DNA of 64,000 bases from an uncultured Bacillales bacterium. GTDB taxonomy: Bacteria > Bacillota_I > Bacilli_A > RFN20 > CAG-826. Positions 47,701 to 55,927 of this stretch are shown in pieces. Every line of letters begins with the position of its first letter. Within the stretch, counting starts at the first letter, position 1. Below the pieces are notes generated by a model. The model was not told where the DNA came from. It ran no database searches and saw only the letters and a program-made list of their open reading frames with translations. The position numbers were made by a program, and so were the translations under genes. The DNA lies in the NCBI GenBank assembly GCA_947164155.1, contig CAMUVS010000002.1, positions 16,971 to 80,970 of the forward strand, given 5' to 3'.

Positions 47701-48855
47701 TTTTGTCCAGTTTCCATATCCTCCAGCAAAAGCGAATGAGGATTTACCGTTATTACCAGCAGAAATCGATGATAATAAACCAGCGTTACTTAATTTCACT
47801 AAGGTCTTCATGGTAATTGAATCAGCATCGAAGTCATCTAAGTTACTACCAAGAGACATATTAATACCATCAACTCCAAGAGCTATACAGTCTTCTAAAG
47901 CGTTAAGAATTGGTTCATCATAGGCTCCTGAAGAACTTTGGAATCCCATTGCTTGATCAATCTTTTGTGCTTCAAAGTTTGTAAAGACCTTCATACAGAC
48001 TAGTTGAGCTTTAGGAGCAATACCTTTGTAATATGGGTCGTTTCCAGCAGCGATACTAGCAACGTGAGAACCGTGATAAGAGAGTAAACTTGAAACGTCG
48101 AAGTCTTGTTTAGGATCTCCTCCATAGGTATTAGTTTCTCCACCATAATCGAAATAGAATGGAACTTTACTGTTGAAATATAAAGATCCCTCATCTCCTA
48201 ATGTAGCAGCATCAACGGTCGCTTTATTGTTGGTATATGCGATTGTTTTGCTATAACTGCTTGGTCTACTAGCAAATTTGACTTTCACTGAAGAATCTAA
48301 TTCGGTGAATGTAACATGTTTCCATGCATCAGCAGATTTAGTTTTACCACGGAAATAAAATTCATTATCAAGAATTGCGATAACTGTTCCTTCACCATCA
48401 TTTGTGGTTCCAGGAGTAAGATGCATAGTCTCTGCAGAAGCATTTTCTGATCCACCATAATCATGTTCAGGATCTGGGGTTTCACTATCTGCAGTTGTTT
48501 GAAGAGCTTGAGTTTTGACCATATGTAATTTGTTAACGGTCACACTTTTAACTCCAGGTAATGATTTAACAGCTTCCACATATTTGCTATTGATAGAAAC
48601 AACAAATGCGTTATTGAGCACATGGTATTGAGTACCTAATTCGACATTTCTAGTGACATTGTTTCTAATGCTTTCAAAGACAGACAATTGAGTATTTTTG
48701 ATGCCTTCTTCAGTTAACGATTCCAACGAACGATTAACTTCGACAATGATCTTGGTGTCTCTTACTTCTTTAGGAGCAGGATTAGCACCACTAGCAACAG
48801 TTGTACCCATTACAAGTCCGGCAAATAGTGTAGCAAGCATTGTAACTTTAATCAT
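44758..48855 (-). CDS. Cell-envelope S8 serine protease (PrtP/C5a-peptidase-like) with PA domain and C-terminal TM anchor
   Basis: The triad contexts are VIAILDNEF (Asp), YHGSHVASIAAG (His) and LSGTSMSAPNYAGA (Ser). The oxyanion region is SISAGNNG. A PA insert is present (GKIAIVNRGSIDFATKVTTAKDKGAIGVVIINN). The C-terminus is TTSIVLSSLAGLLAVAIILSKKRK. I set the start at the ATG at 48855, after AGGAAGG. Confidence 0.85.
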   Translation of the reverse strand: MIKVTMLATLFAGLVMGTTVASGANPAPKEVRDTKIIVEVNRSLESLTEEGIKNTQLSVFESIRNNVTRNVELGTQYHVLNNAFVVSINSKYVEAVKSLPGVKSVTVNKLHMVKTQALQTTADSETPDPEHDYGGSENASAETMHLTPGTTNDGEGTVIAILDNEFYFRGKTKSADAWKHVTFTELDSSVKVKFASRPSSYSKTIAYTNNKATVDAATLGDEGSLYFNSKVPFYFDYGGETNTYGGDPKQDFDVSSLLSYHGSHVASIAAGNDPYYKGIAPKAQLVCMKVFTNFEAQKIDQAMGFQSSSGAYDEPILNALEDCIALGVDGINMSLGSNLDDFDADSITMKTLVKLSNAGLLSSISAGNNGKSSFAFAGGYGNWTKDTVETGILGGYANNKATMSIAAGQPAKTFYASAFKYKGVNISYQDQVVNTGNSSEYEEDEERHMSDLTPGESKTLSWVYIPNFGSSADYKDKDVTGKIAIVNRGSIDFATKVTTAKDKGAIGVVIINNDPTASDFNFHCSFGDLKPTIPVALVLFREKQTFERDGQGQFDIVKDEVDVNPRANTISTFSSDGATAALDMKPEITAPGDFIRGAVPPQKKEDKQQRRYSTYEFLSGTSMSAPNYAGAQAVVLSRKANELKNNSAAYNAYRKTVDMRLMSTAIPMFDYEECPEDEGHKYNTSPRIQGAGMANVGDAYKTDVYLEGYDLLGNPIGKSKIALRNNSKINAGTVSLSFLAHNESTTAKKYQVSYSVMRPAIKKSNEIVSRQYNYRGEVDNISSFPGMSYWVEQVNPDESKEIVERHATGDINVGDVFKVTKEIEYYVPDERAGHEGELLKQTIAIGRYKCTDTQVVEHAPGVNWTYATYEELEGSNYQSVQDMLIKTVNVGEVEIAPGDHKIVLPEYSLTTEQKQEILEFYEFGTYLEGFVSLVSTENEGINLSMPWMGFFGGEGQDYSSAPVVEPFNFEKDASSIYPSELNNDIGYSLLGKTNIDMGSIMATTYVEPGKSFKESDILQNDESLTHLAKSDANYHLLGTDSEGNYYSDPANNLYVGNPHSSNTLLVQQFVLRSVDDNYFTITNKASGKVYIQDVLEDMIFGERYGRYPLYKSHVDENYLSPYVGHRAFAAIPLYDSKTGASLPDGDYELKFNYKLVATGTWVSSSYTLHLCSSESTISSVQVLQDSVRFNISEKYLTNVKIGQSYYQMSEEELKGNYIELTKDDIEFELENNFNEVYGSGRLFIELQNKAYGRTGIIVRFGEKDGAINFDKYTIVEHYTFTLSNDFEDLGTSIHYVTYDSKTYNIKDYEVDAYVRVKRDSDKPSTPATSGCGGNVATTSIVLSSLAGLLAVAIILSKKRKLGGKE

Positions 48856-48999
48856 GTATACCTTCCTTTCTCGTGTCCACATAGGGCACGTAATAATATT
48901 TGTGTAATACTATATACTATAGTGAAAACGAAAAGCAACCACTTTTCATATAAAGAAAAGCCTAAAAGAGACAAAAACTATGAAAAAATCACTCAAAAA

Positions 49000-49428
49000 T
49001 TAGGCAAAAAGAGGAACGGTGTGATAGATAATTTCTAATACCGCAAAAGCGATAAAAAATAATAACGAAATGAATAAATGCATAAAATATGCATAGCTTG
49101 CAGCTTCTCTTTTTGTGTTTTTATTTTCTTTGTAACCAGCAAAATCGTTATATTTGTTCGCCTTTTTTCCAAACATTGAAGAAAATAATTGAGAAAAGCC
49201 ATAACTCATCGTATCAAAAGCACCATTTCTACTTAACCAGACAAAGATGAATACCGCTAATAAAATAGCCCCAGCAACACCTGTGCCATCAATCGCACCA
49301 ATAAATGTTTTAGCATTTATAGCGAAATAAAAAACTAAGAAAATTGATAAACCAATAACTATGTCAATTAACCCATAGATTATAAATGCTTTATAGTGTT
49401 TTTTTACGCTTAAAATAAATTTGCTCAT
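49000..49428 (-). CDS. Small 3-4 TM membrane protein (DUF3899-like)
   Basis: TM helices flank the motif GAFDTMSYGFSQLFSSMFGKK. This resembles DUF3899 proteins from memory only. Confidence 0.45.
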   Translation of the reverse strand: MSKFILSVKKHYKAFIIYGLIDIVIGLSIFLVFYFAINAKTFIGAIDGTGVAGAILLAVFIFVWLSRNGAFDTMSYGFSQLFSSMFGKKANKYNDFAGYKENKNTKREAASYAYFMHLFISLLFFIAFAVLEIIYHTVPLFA

Positions 49429-49429
49429 A

Positions 49430-50092
49430 TTAGTTTTCTAAATACTCTTTTAAATATTTTAAATCTTCATCAGTGGTGACTTTAAAGTTCAATCTATCTC
49501 CAGGATAAAATTTCACTAAAGATGGATCCACTAAAGAAATATCATCATTAACCTGTATATCTTGTTTTAGAATATGTTTATCTTTAATAAGACCAAATCT
49601 AAAACACTGAGGTGTTTGAATATCCACTTCCACTCCATTTAACTGATATTTTCTTCCAGAATTAGAAATTTCCGGAATTCTGTCTTCAATAGAAATAAAA
49701 GGACAGGTAGCTTCAAATTCATTTAAATATTCTATTGCTTGATTAATAATCGCGTGGCTCACTAAAGGACGATCTCCATCATGAATTAAGACGTTATCTT
49801 TTTCGTCTAATTTAAGAGCTTCTAAACCTAATCTAACAGACTCTTGTCTAGTCTCTCCACCGACGATAACTTTATTAATTTTTTCTAGGGAATATTTCTC
49901 TTTAAAACACTCAACATAAGGAATAAATTCCTTAGAAGTTACTAAATTAACCTCATCAATATGCGGGTTATCATTGAACTCCTTAATCGCGTACACAACT
50001 AAATCAATATCATTAATTTTAATGAATTGTTTTGGGATGTCGGAGTGGATTCTACTACCACTTCCTGCAAAGACAATAAGCGCAACGTTCAT
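49430..50092 (-). CDS. ispD: IspD/TarI-family cytidylyltransferase (2-C-methyl-D-erythritol-4-P or ribitol-5-P)
   Basis: ALIVFAGSGSRIHSDIPKQFIKI is the signature N-terminal glycine-rich loop. The size is 220 aa. Confidence 0.75.
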   Translation of the reverse strand: MNVALIVFAGSGSRIHSDIPKQFIKINDIDLVVYAIKEFNDNPHIDEVNLVTSKEFIPYVECFKEKYSLEKINKVIVGGETRQESVRLGLEALKLDEKDNVLIHDGDRPLVSHAIINQAIEYLNEFEATCPFISIEDRIPEISNSGRKYQLNGVEVDIQTPQCFRFGLIKDKHILKQDIQVNDDISLVDPSLVKFYPGDRLNFKVTTDEDLKYLKEYLEN

Positions 50093-50119
50093 GCGTAAAT
50101 GATAAACTCTTTAATAATA

Positions 50120-50149
50120 ATTAGCAAAATAAATTAGGCAATAGTATAA
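50120..50149 (+). promoter_or_regulatory. Candidate promoter of the ferredoxin gene
   Basis: TTAGCA-18 nt-TATAAT lies about 30 nt upstream of AGGAGG and the ATG. Confidence 0.35.
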
Positions 50150-50181
50150 TAAACCTAACAAAACCTAGGAGGTAAATATCA

Positions 50182-50361
50182 ATGGCGAAAAAGAAAGTCA
50201 GAATCGATCAAAGTCTTTGCATCGGTTGCGGATGTTGCGCAGGTACATACCCAGATGATTTTGCAATCGGCGATAGCGGATTAGCAGAAGTTGTTTCTGG
50301 AGAAGGCGAAGAAGACGCCGTTAGTGTCTGCCCAGTTGGTGCAATCTCTGTAGAAGAGTAA
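50182..50361 (+). CDS. Small (59 aa) single-cluster 4Fe-4S ferredoxin
   Basis: It is not in the supplied track because it is under 60 aa. The translation is MAKKKVRIDQSLCIGCGCCAGTYPDDFAIGDSGLAEVVSGEGEEDAVSVCPVGAISVEE, with the CxxCxxC...CP cluster motif. An AGGAGG lies 9 nt upstream. Confidence 0.8.
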   Translation: MAKKKVRIDQSLCIGCGCCAGTYPDDFAIGDSGLAEVVSGEGEEDAVSVCPVGAISVEE

Positions 50362-50369
50362 TGATATAG

Positions 50370-50403
50370 AAAAACCAGGTTAATAAAATAATCTGGTTTT
50401 TTT
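50370..50403 (+). terminator. Intrinsic terminator after the ferredoxin gene
   Basis: AAAACCAG, a 14-nt loop, then CTGGTTTT followed by TTT. Confidence 0.5.
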
Positions 50404-50464
50404 ATGCTCGAATATTATAAATCAAAGCATTTTGTTCACAATTTACTATGTTACTTATTGTACA

Positions 50465-50496
50465 TAAAAAAGACCAAAGCCGTTAGGCTGAGGTCC
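50465..50496 (-). terminator. Intrinsic terminator after the ribU-like gene
   Basis: The minus strand reads GACC-TC-AGCC-TAAC-GGCT-TT-GGTC followed by TTTTTT. Confidence 0.55.
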
Positions 50497-50534
50497 TATC
50501 AACAATAATAGAGTAAACTGCTACAAGGGAAATG

Positions 50535-51287
50535 TCAAGATTGCTGATATGATGCTCCCTCGCTTCTTTGGCCAATTCGATTGATTAAAATGTGTAATCT
50601 CTTATATAAGAGAAGAACAACAACAAAAACAATCGCATCCTTAATTAGATTCATTGGTCCAACCATAATTAAAGCGTACATCCAAACCCAATTTTCTCCA
50701 CTAACTGCTGGAACAATTTTTGAACACATTGCTTCAAGTGCCGCAAGAGGATAACCCATAACGTTAGAATAAAACGGTACTAAGGCATAAACATTAAAGA
50801 TCATGGCAAAGATGATATGAGCTACTGTTGAAATGCTAACTCCAATAAATACTGATGAAAGTTTTCTTCTTCTTTCATAAAGAATAATAGCTGGGATAAC
50901 AAATATTAAAGAAAAGACAAAATCACCTAATTCACCAACAGCAGCGGTTGTGGTCATTGGTAATTTAATAAAAGTCTTAATTAGATTAACCATAATTGCA
51001 GATAATGGTCCATACATATAGCCTGCTAAAAACATTGGTATTTCATCTAAGTGAACCTTAAGCCAAGGAGGAGTAAAACCTAATCCAAAATCAGGAATTA
51101 CAATGTATAGCAATACTGATATCGCGGCAAAGATTCCAGTTACAGAGATAAATTTAACTGGATTAATGTTTTTCTTTTTGAAGTTTCTAATTGAAAAGAA
51201 CACTAATAAGATGACCGCTACAATCATTAGTGCAAATAATAACCATTTAAACCAGCCCATAAAGGCTTTTACTTCTTCTGGTGTCAT
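50535..51287 (-). CDS. ribU: ECF-type S-component-like membrane protein, probable riboflavin transporter
   Basis: It is a polytopic membrane protein directly downstream of an FMN riboswitch. I set the start at the ATG at 51287; the track start is a GTG inside the riboswitch terminator stem. At 250 aa it is longer than typical RibU. Confidence 0.6.
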   Translation of the reverse strand: MTPEEVKAFMGWFKWLLFALMIVAVILLVFFSIRNFKKKNINPVKFISVTGIFAAISVLLYIVIPDFGLGFTPPWLKVHLDEIPMFLAGYMYGPLSAIMVNLIKTFIKLPMTTTAAVGELGDFVFSLIFVIPAIILYERRRKLSSVFIGVSISTVAHIIFAMIFNVYALVPFYSNVMGYPLAALEAMCSKIVPAVSGENWVWMYALIMVGPMNLIKDAIVFVVVLLLYKRLHILINRIGQRSEGASYQQS

Positions 51288-51290
51288 AAA

Positions 51291-51448
51291 AAAATAGCCC
51301 TCCACTTCAGGGGCTATTAAATAGAAAACAAATTTCTACATACTTCTTTCATCCAGACTTTACTGTCGCCACTAGAATTACACTAGTTCCTGCTATAAAT
51401 AGCTCGCGGGGTATACCGCCGGTCGCGTTAATTCGCTGCCCTGAAGTA
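51291..51448 (-). promoter_or_regulatory. FMN (RFN) riboswitch: aptamer 51341..51448 plus terminator / RBS-sequestering hairpin 51295..51318
   Basis: The minus strand reads TACTTCAGGGCAGCGAATTAACGCGACCGGCGGTATACCCCGCGAGC...GGCGACAGTAAAGTCTGGATGAAAGAAGTA. This matches the conserved RFN core (CUUCAGGGCAG, GACCGGCGGUA, CCGCGAGC, GACAGU-AAGUCUGGAUG-AGAAG). It is followed by ATAGCCCC-TGAAGTG-GAGGGCTAT, TTTTTTT and the ATG. The hairpin contains the GGAGGG RBS and a CCCCTGAAG stretch complementary to the aptamer 5' arm. Confidence 0.85.
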
Positions 51449-51453
51449 ATTAC

Positions 51454-51482
51454 ATTTTAAGTATTAATAAATTAGATATCAA
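51454..51482 (-). promoter_or_regulatory. Promoter driving the FMN riboswitch
   Basis: The minus strand reads TTGATA-17 nt-TAAAAT, ending about 6 nt before the riboswitch P1 arm. Confidence 0.5.
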
Positions 51483-51540
51483 TAAATACACAAAAAAAGT
51501 TAAGAACTTTTGCAAATATCATAAGTGTTAACTTTGTTAA

Positions 51541-52227
51541 TTATTTAATTATCTCGTTATATGGACGAGGATATTTAAGATTAGTTTTCTTTATTTTTTT
51601 GATGATGATATTAATTCTTTTTTCTTTAGATTCAGGAAGTTCATATTCATCAGTTAAATATACTTCTCCGCCTAATTTCTCTAACATTTGTTTAGAAGAT
51701 TTTAGTTCATCTATTCCCTTTAAGCCTTTAAGGGCAATAAAGTAGCCGCCAACTTTAAGTAAAGGAAGCACTAATTCAAGAAGAACCTTTAAATCAGAAA
51801 CTGCGCGAGCTACTGCAAAGTCATATTCTTCTCTATGTTCTTTAGCGTAGTTTTCAGCGCGTTCCACTACGGTATTCACATTAAAATAGCCGCGCTCCGA
51901 CGCGTAATTACTAATAAAATCAATCTTCTTTTTAGTAGAATCTAATAAAGTAAATTCTCCCTTAGATAAAGTGGCTAGCACCATTCCTGGATAGCCAGCA
52001 CCTGTACCAATATCAATCACTTTCTTATTACTAAAATCAAAATATTTAAGTGGATAGGCGCTATCTAGAATCATCAGTTCTCTAAATTTATTTTCATCTT
52101 TAATCGCAGTTAAATTAAAAGACTCATTAGCCTTTAAAGTCGCTAACATATATTCTTCTAACTTATCTACTTTAGAGGAATCTAAATTTAGTTTCTCTAG
52201 TTCCACTACTAATTCTTGCTTAGTCAT
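51541..52227 (-). CDS. rsmG: 16S rRNA (guanine527-N7)-methyltransferase RsmG/GidB
   Basis: It has the SAM motif VIDIGTGAGYPGMVLA. It is adjacent to mnmG and overlaps it by 8 nt. Confidence 0.9.
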   Translation of the reverse strand: MTKQELVVELEKLNLDSSKVDKLEEYMLATLKANESFNLTAIKDENKFRELMILDSAYPLKYFDFSNKKVIDIGTGAGYPGMVLATLSKGEFTLLDSTKKKIDFISNYASERGYFNVNTVVERAENYAKEHREEYDFAVARAVSDLKVLLELVLPLLKVGGYFIALKGLKGIDELKSSKQMLEKLGGEVYLTDEYELPESKEKRINIIIKKIKKTNLKYPRPYNEIIK

Positions 52228-54094
52228 GATTAAGAATCTTCTTTATATTTAATATTAACATTGAAATATCACTAGGATTTACTCCTGAAATTCGACTTGC
52301 CTGACCGACTGTCAAAGGTCTAACTTTATTTAGTTTTTCTCTAGCTTCTAATCTAATTCCAGACATATTGGTATAATCAATATCATTAGGTATTTTAAGT
52401 TCTTCTAACTTTTGATGATTTTCTGCGTCACGTTTTTGTTTAACAATATAGCCTTCATATTTTTCAATGATTTCAATCTCTTCAATAGTCTGCTCATCTA
52501 AATCATATTTATCTAATTCAGGGATAAATTTAGCGAGTTTAGAATATTCCACTCCCGGACGTTTAAGTAGTTCAGAGGCTAATATGCCACCTTTAAGTTC
52601 ATTAAAGCCTAAAGACATGATATATTCTTCAACATCTTTTCTTTTACCTAAATAAGTTGATTCTAATATTTCACATACTTCTTTAATATTTTGTTTCTTT
52701 TTTAAGAAGTAGTTATATCTATCTTCAGAAATTAAACCAATTTGATGACCAATATCTGTTAATCTTAAATCCGCATTATCGTGTCTAAGAAGTAAACGAA
52801 ACTCCGCTCTAGAAGATAATAATCTATAAGGTTCTTCAGTACCTTTAGTGACTAAATCATCAATCATCACTCCAATATAAGATTGATCTCTTCTTAAAAT
52901 AAGTGGTTCTTTACCTAGAATCTTTAAAGAAGCATTTATCCCTGCTAATAAACCAAGTCCAGCTGCTTCTTCATAGCCAGAAGTGCCGCATATTTGACCC
53001 GCTATATATAAGCCTGGCCACTTCTTTAATTCAAGAGTTGGACCATATTCAGTAGTTTTAATTGCATCATATTCAATCGCATAAGCATATTTAAGAAAGA
53101 CAGCGTGCTCAAATCCTGGTAAAGATCTCACCATTAACTCTTGCACTTCTTCACTCATACTAGTGGAGAAACCCTGTAAATAAATAGAGTCGGTATATCT
53201 AGATTCTGGTTCTAAGAATAATTGATGTCTTTCTTTATCCTTAAAAGTCATGATTTTAGATTCTATAGACGGGCAATATCTAGGACCAACTCCAACAATA
53301 TTTCCGCTATATAAAGCAGTCTCGTCTAAATGTTCTTTTATAATATTATGAGTAGTTTGATTTGTATATATTAAATAACATGGTTCTTGTTCTTCTAAAG
53401 GAATAAATTCCTTTGTGGTATAAGAAAACGCTAAATGACCTTTAGTGCCTGGTTCTAATTTGGCTTTAGAAAAATCAATCGAATCTTTTTTAATTCTAGG
53501 AGGGGTGCCAGTTTTAAGTCGATAAGTTTCTATACCCATCTTTCTTAAATAAGGTGATAAACCTAAAGAGGGCTTTTCTCCATCAGGACCTTGTTGAATC
53601 TTTTTATGACCTCTAAATATATAAGATTCCATATATGTTCCTGTACTTAAAATAACTGCCTCAGAAGTATAGCTTCTTCCATCAATTAATTTAACTCCAA
53701 AAACACGATTATCATCATGAATTAATTCGTTTACAATTCCTTCAACAACAGTGAGGTTTTTACAATTTAAGGTGGCCTCCTGCAGGAATTTTGGATATTC
53801 TAGCTTATCTTGTTGAGCTCGTAAGCACTGCACCCCTGGACCTTTACCAGTATTAAGCATTTTCATTTGTAAATAGTGATGATCAGCGGCAATTCCCATC
53901 ATCCCACCAAGAGCGTCAATTTCTCTGACAACAATACCTTTAGCGGACCCACCAATAGAAGGATTACAAGGCATATTACCCATCATCTTGATATTAATGG
54001 ACACTAAAAGTGTTTTCATACCCATATGGGCACTAGCAAAAGCCGCTTCTAAGCCAGCATGACCTCCACCAACAACAATCACTTGATAGTCCAT
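52220..54094 (-). CDS. mnmG: tRNA uridine-5-carboxymethylaminomethyl modification enzyme MnmG/GidA
   Basis: MDYQVIVVGGGHAGLEAA is the FAD-binding motif, and the conserved GidA core runs throughout. The ATG at 54094 lies 1 nt after the sufB stop. The track start is an upstream TTG. Confidence 0.95.
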   Translation of the reverse strand: MDYQVIVVGGGHAGLEAAFASAHMGMKTLLVSINIKMMGNMPCNPSIGGSAKGIVVREIDALGGMMGIAADHHYLQMKMLNTGKGPGVQCLRAQQDKLEYPKFLQEATLNCKNLTVVEGIVNELIHDDNRVFGVKLIDGRSYTSEAVILSTGTYMESYIFRGHKKIQQGPDGEKPSLGLSPYLRKMGIETYRLKTGTPPRIKKDSIDFSKAKLEPGTKGHLAFSYTTKEFIPLEEQEPCYLIYTNQTTHNIIKEHLDETALYSGNIVGVGPRYCPSIESKIMTFKDKERHQLFLEPESRYTDSIYLQGFSTSMSEEVQELMVRSLPGFEHAVFLKYAYAIEYDAIKTTEYGPTLELKKWPGLYIAGQICGTSGYEEAAGLGLLAGINASLKILGKEPLILRRDQSYIGVMIDDLVTKGTEEPYRLLSSRAEFRLLLRHDNADLRLTDIGHQIGLISEDRYNYFLKKKQNIKEVCEILESTYLGKRKDVEEYIMSLGFNELKGGILASELLKRPGVEYSKLAKFIPELDKYDLDEQTIEEIEIIEKYEGYIVKQKRDAENHQKLEELKIPNDIDYTNMSGIRLEAREKLNKVRPLTVGQASRISGVNPSDISMLILNIKKILNHD

Positions 54095-54095
54095 A

Positions 54096-55496
54096 TTAAC
54101 CAACGCTTCCTTCCATATCCATTTTAATGAGTTGATTTAATTCAACTGCGTATTCCATAGGAAGTTCTCTTGAGAATGGTTCAATAAATCCCATAATAAT
54201 CATTTGCGTGGCATCTTTTTCTGAGATACCTCTACTCATTAAATAGAATAATTGGTCTTCATTAATCTTACTAACTGTGGCTTCATGTTCAATATAAGAA
54301 GTATTGTTATGAACTTCATTAGTAGGGATGGTGTCACTCTTAGATAAGTGATCTAAAATAAGCGTGTCACATTCAACGTGACTTCGGCAATTTTTCGCGT
54401 TAGCTTTATGTCTTACCGTACCACGGTAATTAGCGACTCCACCATTTTTAACAATGGATTTAGAAATGATTGTAGAAGTTGTATCTTCTGCTTCATGAAT
54501 CATTCTTGCTCCCGCGTCTTGATATTGTCCTGCTCCGGCAACGGCAATGGAAATACAAGTTCCTTTCGCGCCTTTTCCTTTTAAGATACAAGCCGGATAT
54601 TTCATATTCACTTGGCTACCGATATTGCCGTCAATCCACTCCATAGTAGCGTCTTCATAGCAGACTGCTCTTTTAGTCACTAGATTAATAATATTTGTCG
54701 ACCAGTTTTGCACTGTCGAATATCGACATTTTCCGCCTTTAAGAACAATAATCTCCACTACTGCCGCGTGAAGCGATTCTTTAGAATAAGTAGGTGCAGT
54801 ACATCCTTCTACATAATGGACATCCGCTCCTTCATCGACAATGATTAAGGTTCTTTCAAATTGACCAGACTTTTCGTTATTAATTCTAAAATAAGATTGA
54901 AGAGGCTTATCTAAATGCACTCCTTTAGGAACATAGATAAAGCTCCCTCCAGACCACACCGCTCCGTTAAGGGCAGAGAATTTATTATCCGCCACTGGAA
55001 TAACAGTGGAAAAGTATTTTTTAAATAGATCAGGATATAACTTTAAAGCCATATCAGTAGATAAGAAAATAACTCCCTTATCTTCAATTTCTTTAAGCAT
55101 ATTGTGATAAACTACTTCTGATTCATATTGAGTGGAAACACCTGCTAAATATTTTTGTTCAGCTTCAGGAATTCCTAATCTATCAAAGGTGTTTTTAATT
55201 GTATCAGGAACTTCGTCCCAGTTTTTCACTTCTTTTTCACTTGGCCTAATAAAATAAGTAAAAGAATCAAAATCTAAATCTTTTAAATTTGGTCCGTAAT
55301 TTGGTAAAGGCATAGCCTTAAAGCTTTTTAAAGCTTTTAAACGAAATTCAAGCATCCATTCAGGTTCATTTTTATATTTAGATATCTTTCTAACGATATC
55401 TTCGTTAAGACCTTTTTCCGTTTTTAAAATAGAGACATCTTCGTCTTTAAAACCAAATTTATAATCGCTTTGAAATTTAATATCTTTAGTGGCCAT
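54096..55496 (-). CDS. sufB: Fe-S cluster assembly scaffold SufB
   Basis: The 466-aa protein begins [21 protein letters not shown] and has the beta-helix core and C-terminal [19 protein letters not shown]. Confidence 0.95.
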   Translation of the reverse strand: MATKDIKFQSDYKFGFKDEDVSILKTEKGLNEDIVRKISKYKNEPEWMLEFRLKALKSFKAMPLPNYGPNLKDLDFDSFTYFIRPSEKEVKNWDEVPDTIKNTFDRLGIPEAEQKYLAGVSTQYESEVVYHNMLKEIEDKGVIFLSTDMALKLYPDLFKKYFSTVIPVADNKFSALNGAVWSGGSFIYVPKGVHLDKPLQSYFRINNEKSGQFERTLIIVDEGADVHYVEGCTAPTYSKESLHAAVVEIIVLKGGKCRYSTVQNWSTNIINLVTKRAVCYEDATMEWIDGNIGSQVNMKYPACILKGKGAKGTCISIAVAGAGQYQDAGARMIHEAEDTTSTIISKSIVKNGGVANYRGTVRHKANAKNCRSHVECDTLILDHLSKSDTIPTNEVHNNTSYIEHEATVSKINEDQLFYLMSRGISEKDATQMIIMGFIEPFSRELPMEYAVELNQLIKMDMEGSVG

Positions 55497-55927
55497 TATT
55501 TTTTATCCTCTAATAATTGAGAGGCTGCGTTCCAGCCAATAGTCGCACATCTAATACGTGCAGCCTGTTTAGATGTATTAATAAAAACAATCGCATCTTC
55601 AAGAACGTCCGCATCAAAATCTTCCTCGTGCATCATTTTTTGATATTGTTCGATCATATATTCTGCTTCTTTTTTAGTTTTTCCTTTAATTAAGTCACAC
55701 ATAATATCCGTGCTACTTAAAGAAATTGTACAGGCTACGCCTTCAAAACAAGCATCAGTAATCTTATCGCCTTCAACTTTAAAATAAATATCTAAATCAT
55801 CTATGCAGTTATCAGAATGCATATGGACTTTATCATATCCTTCCCCATTAGGAAGGTGCTTATTCATTGGGTTAGAGGAATGATCCATAATAATGGATCT
55901 CATCATATCATTACTTAAAATAGGCAT
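55496..55927 (-). CDS. sufU: SufU/IscU-like sulfur-transfer protein
   Basis: It has [11 protein letters not shown]...NCIDDLDIY...[10 protein letters not shown]...RIRCATIGW, with three Cys ligands. I set the start at the ATG at 55927 after GGAGGAG, which overlaps the sufS 3' end. Confidence 0.85.
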   Translation of the reverse strand: MPILSNDMMRSIIMDHSSNPMNKHLPNGEGYDKVHMHSDNCIDDLDIYFKVEGDKITDACFEGVACTISLSSTDIMCDLIKGKTKKEAEYMIEQYQKMMHEEDFDADVLEDAIVFINTSKQAARIRCATIGWNAASQLLEDKK

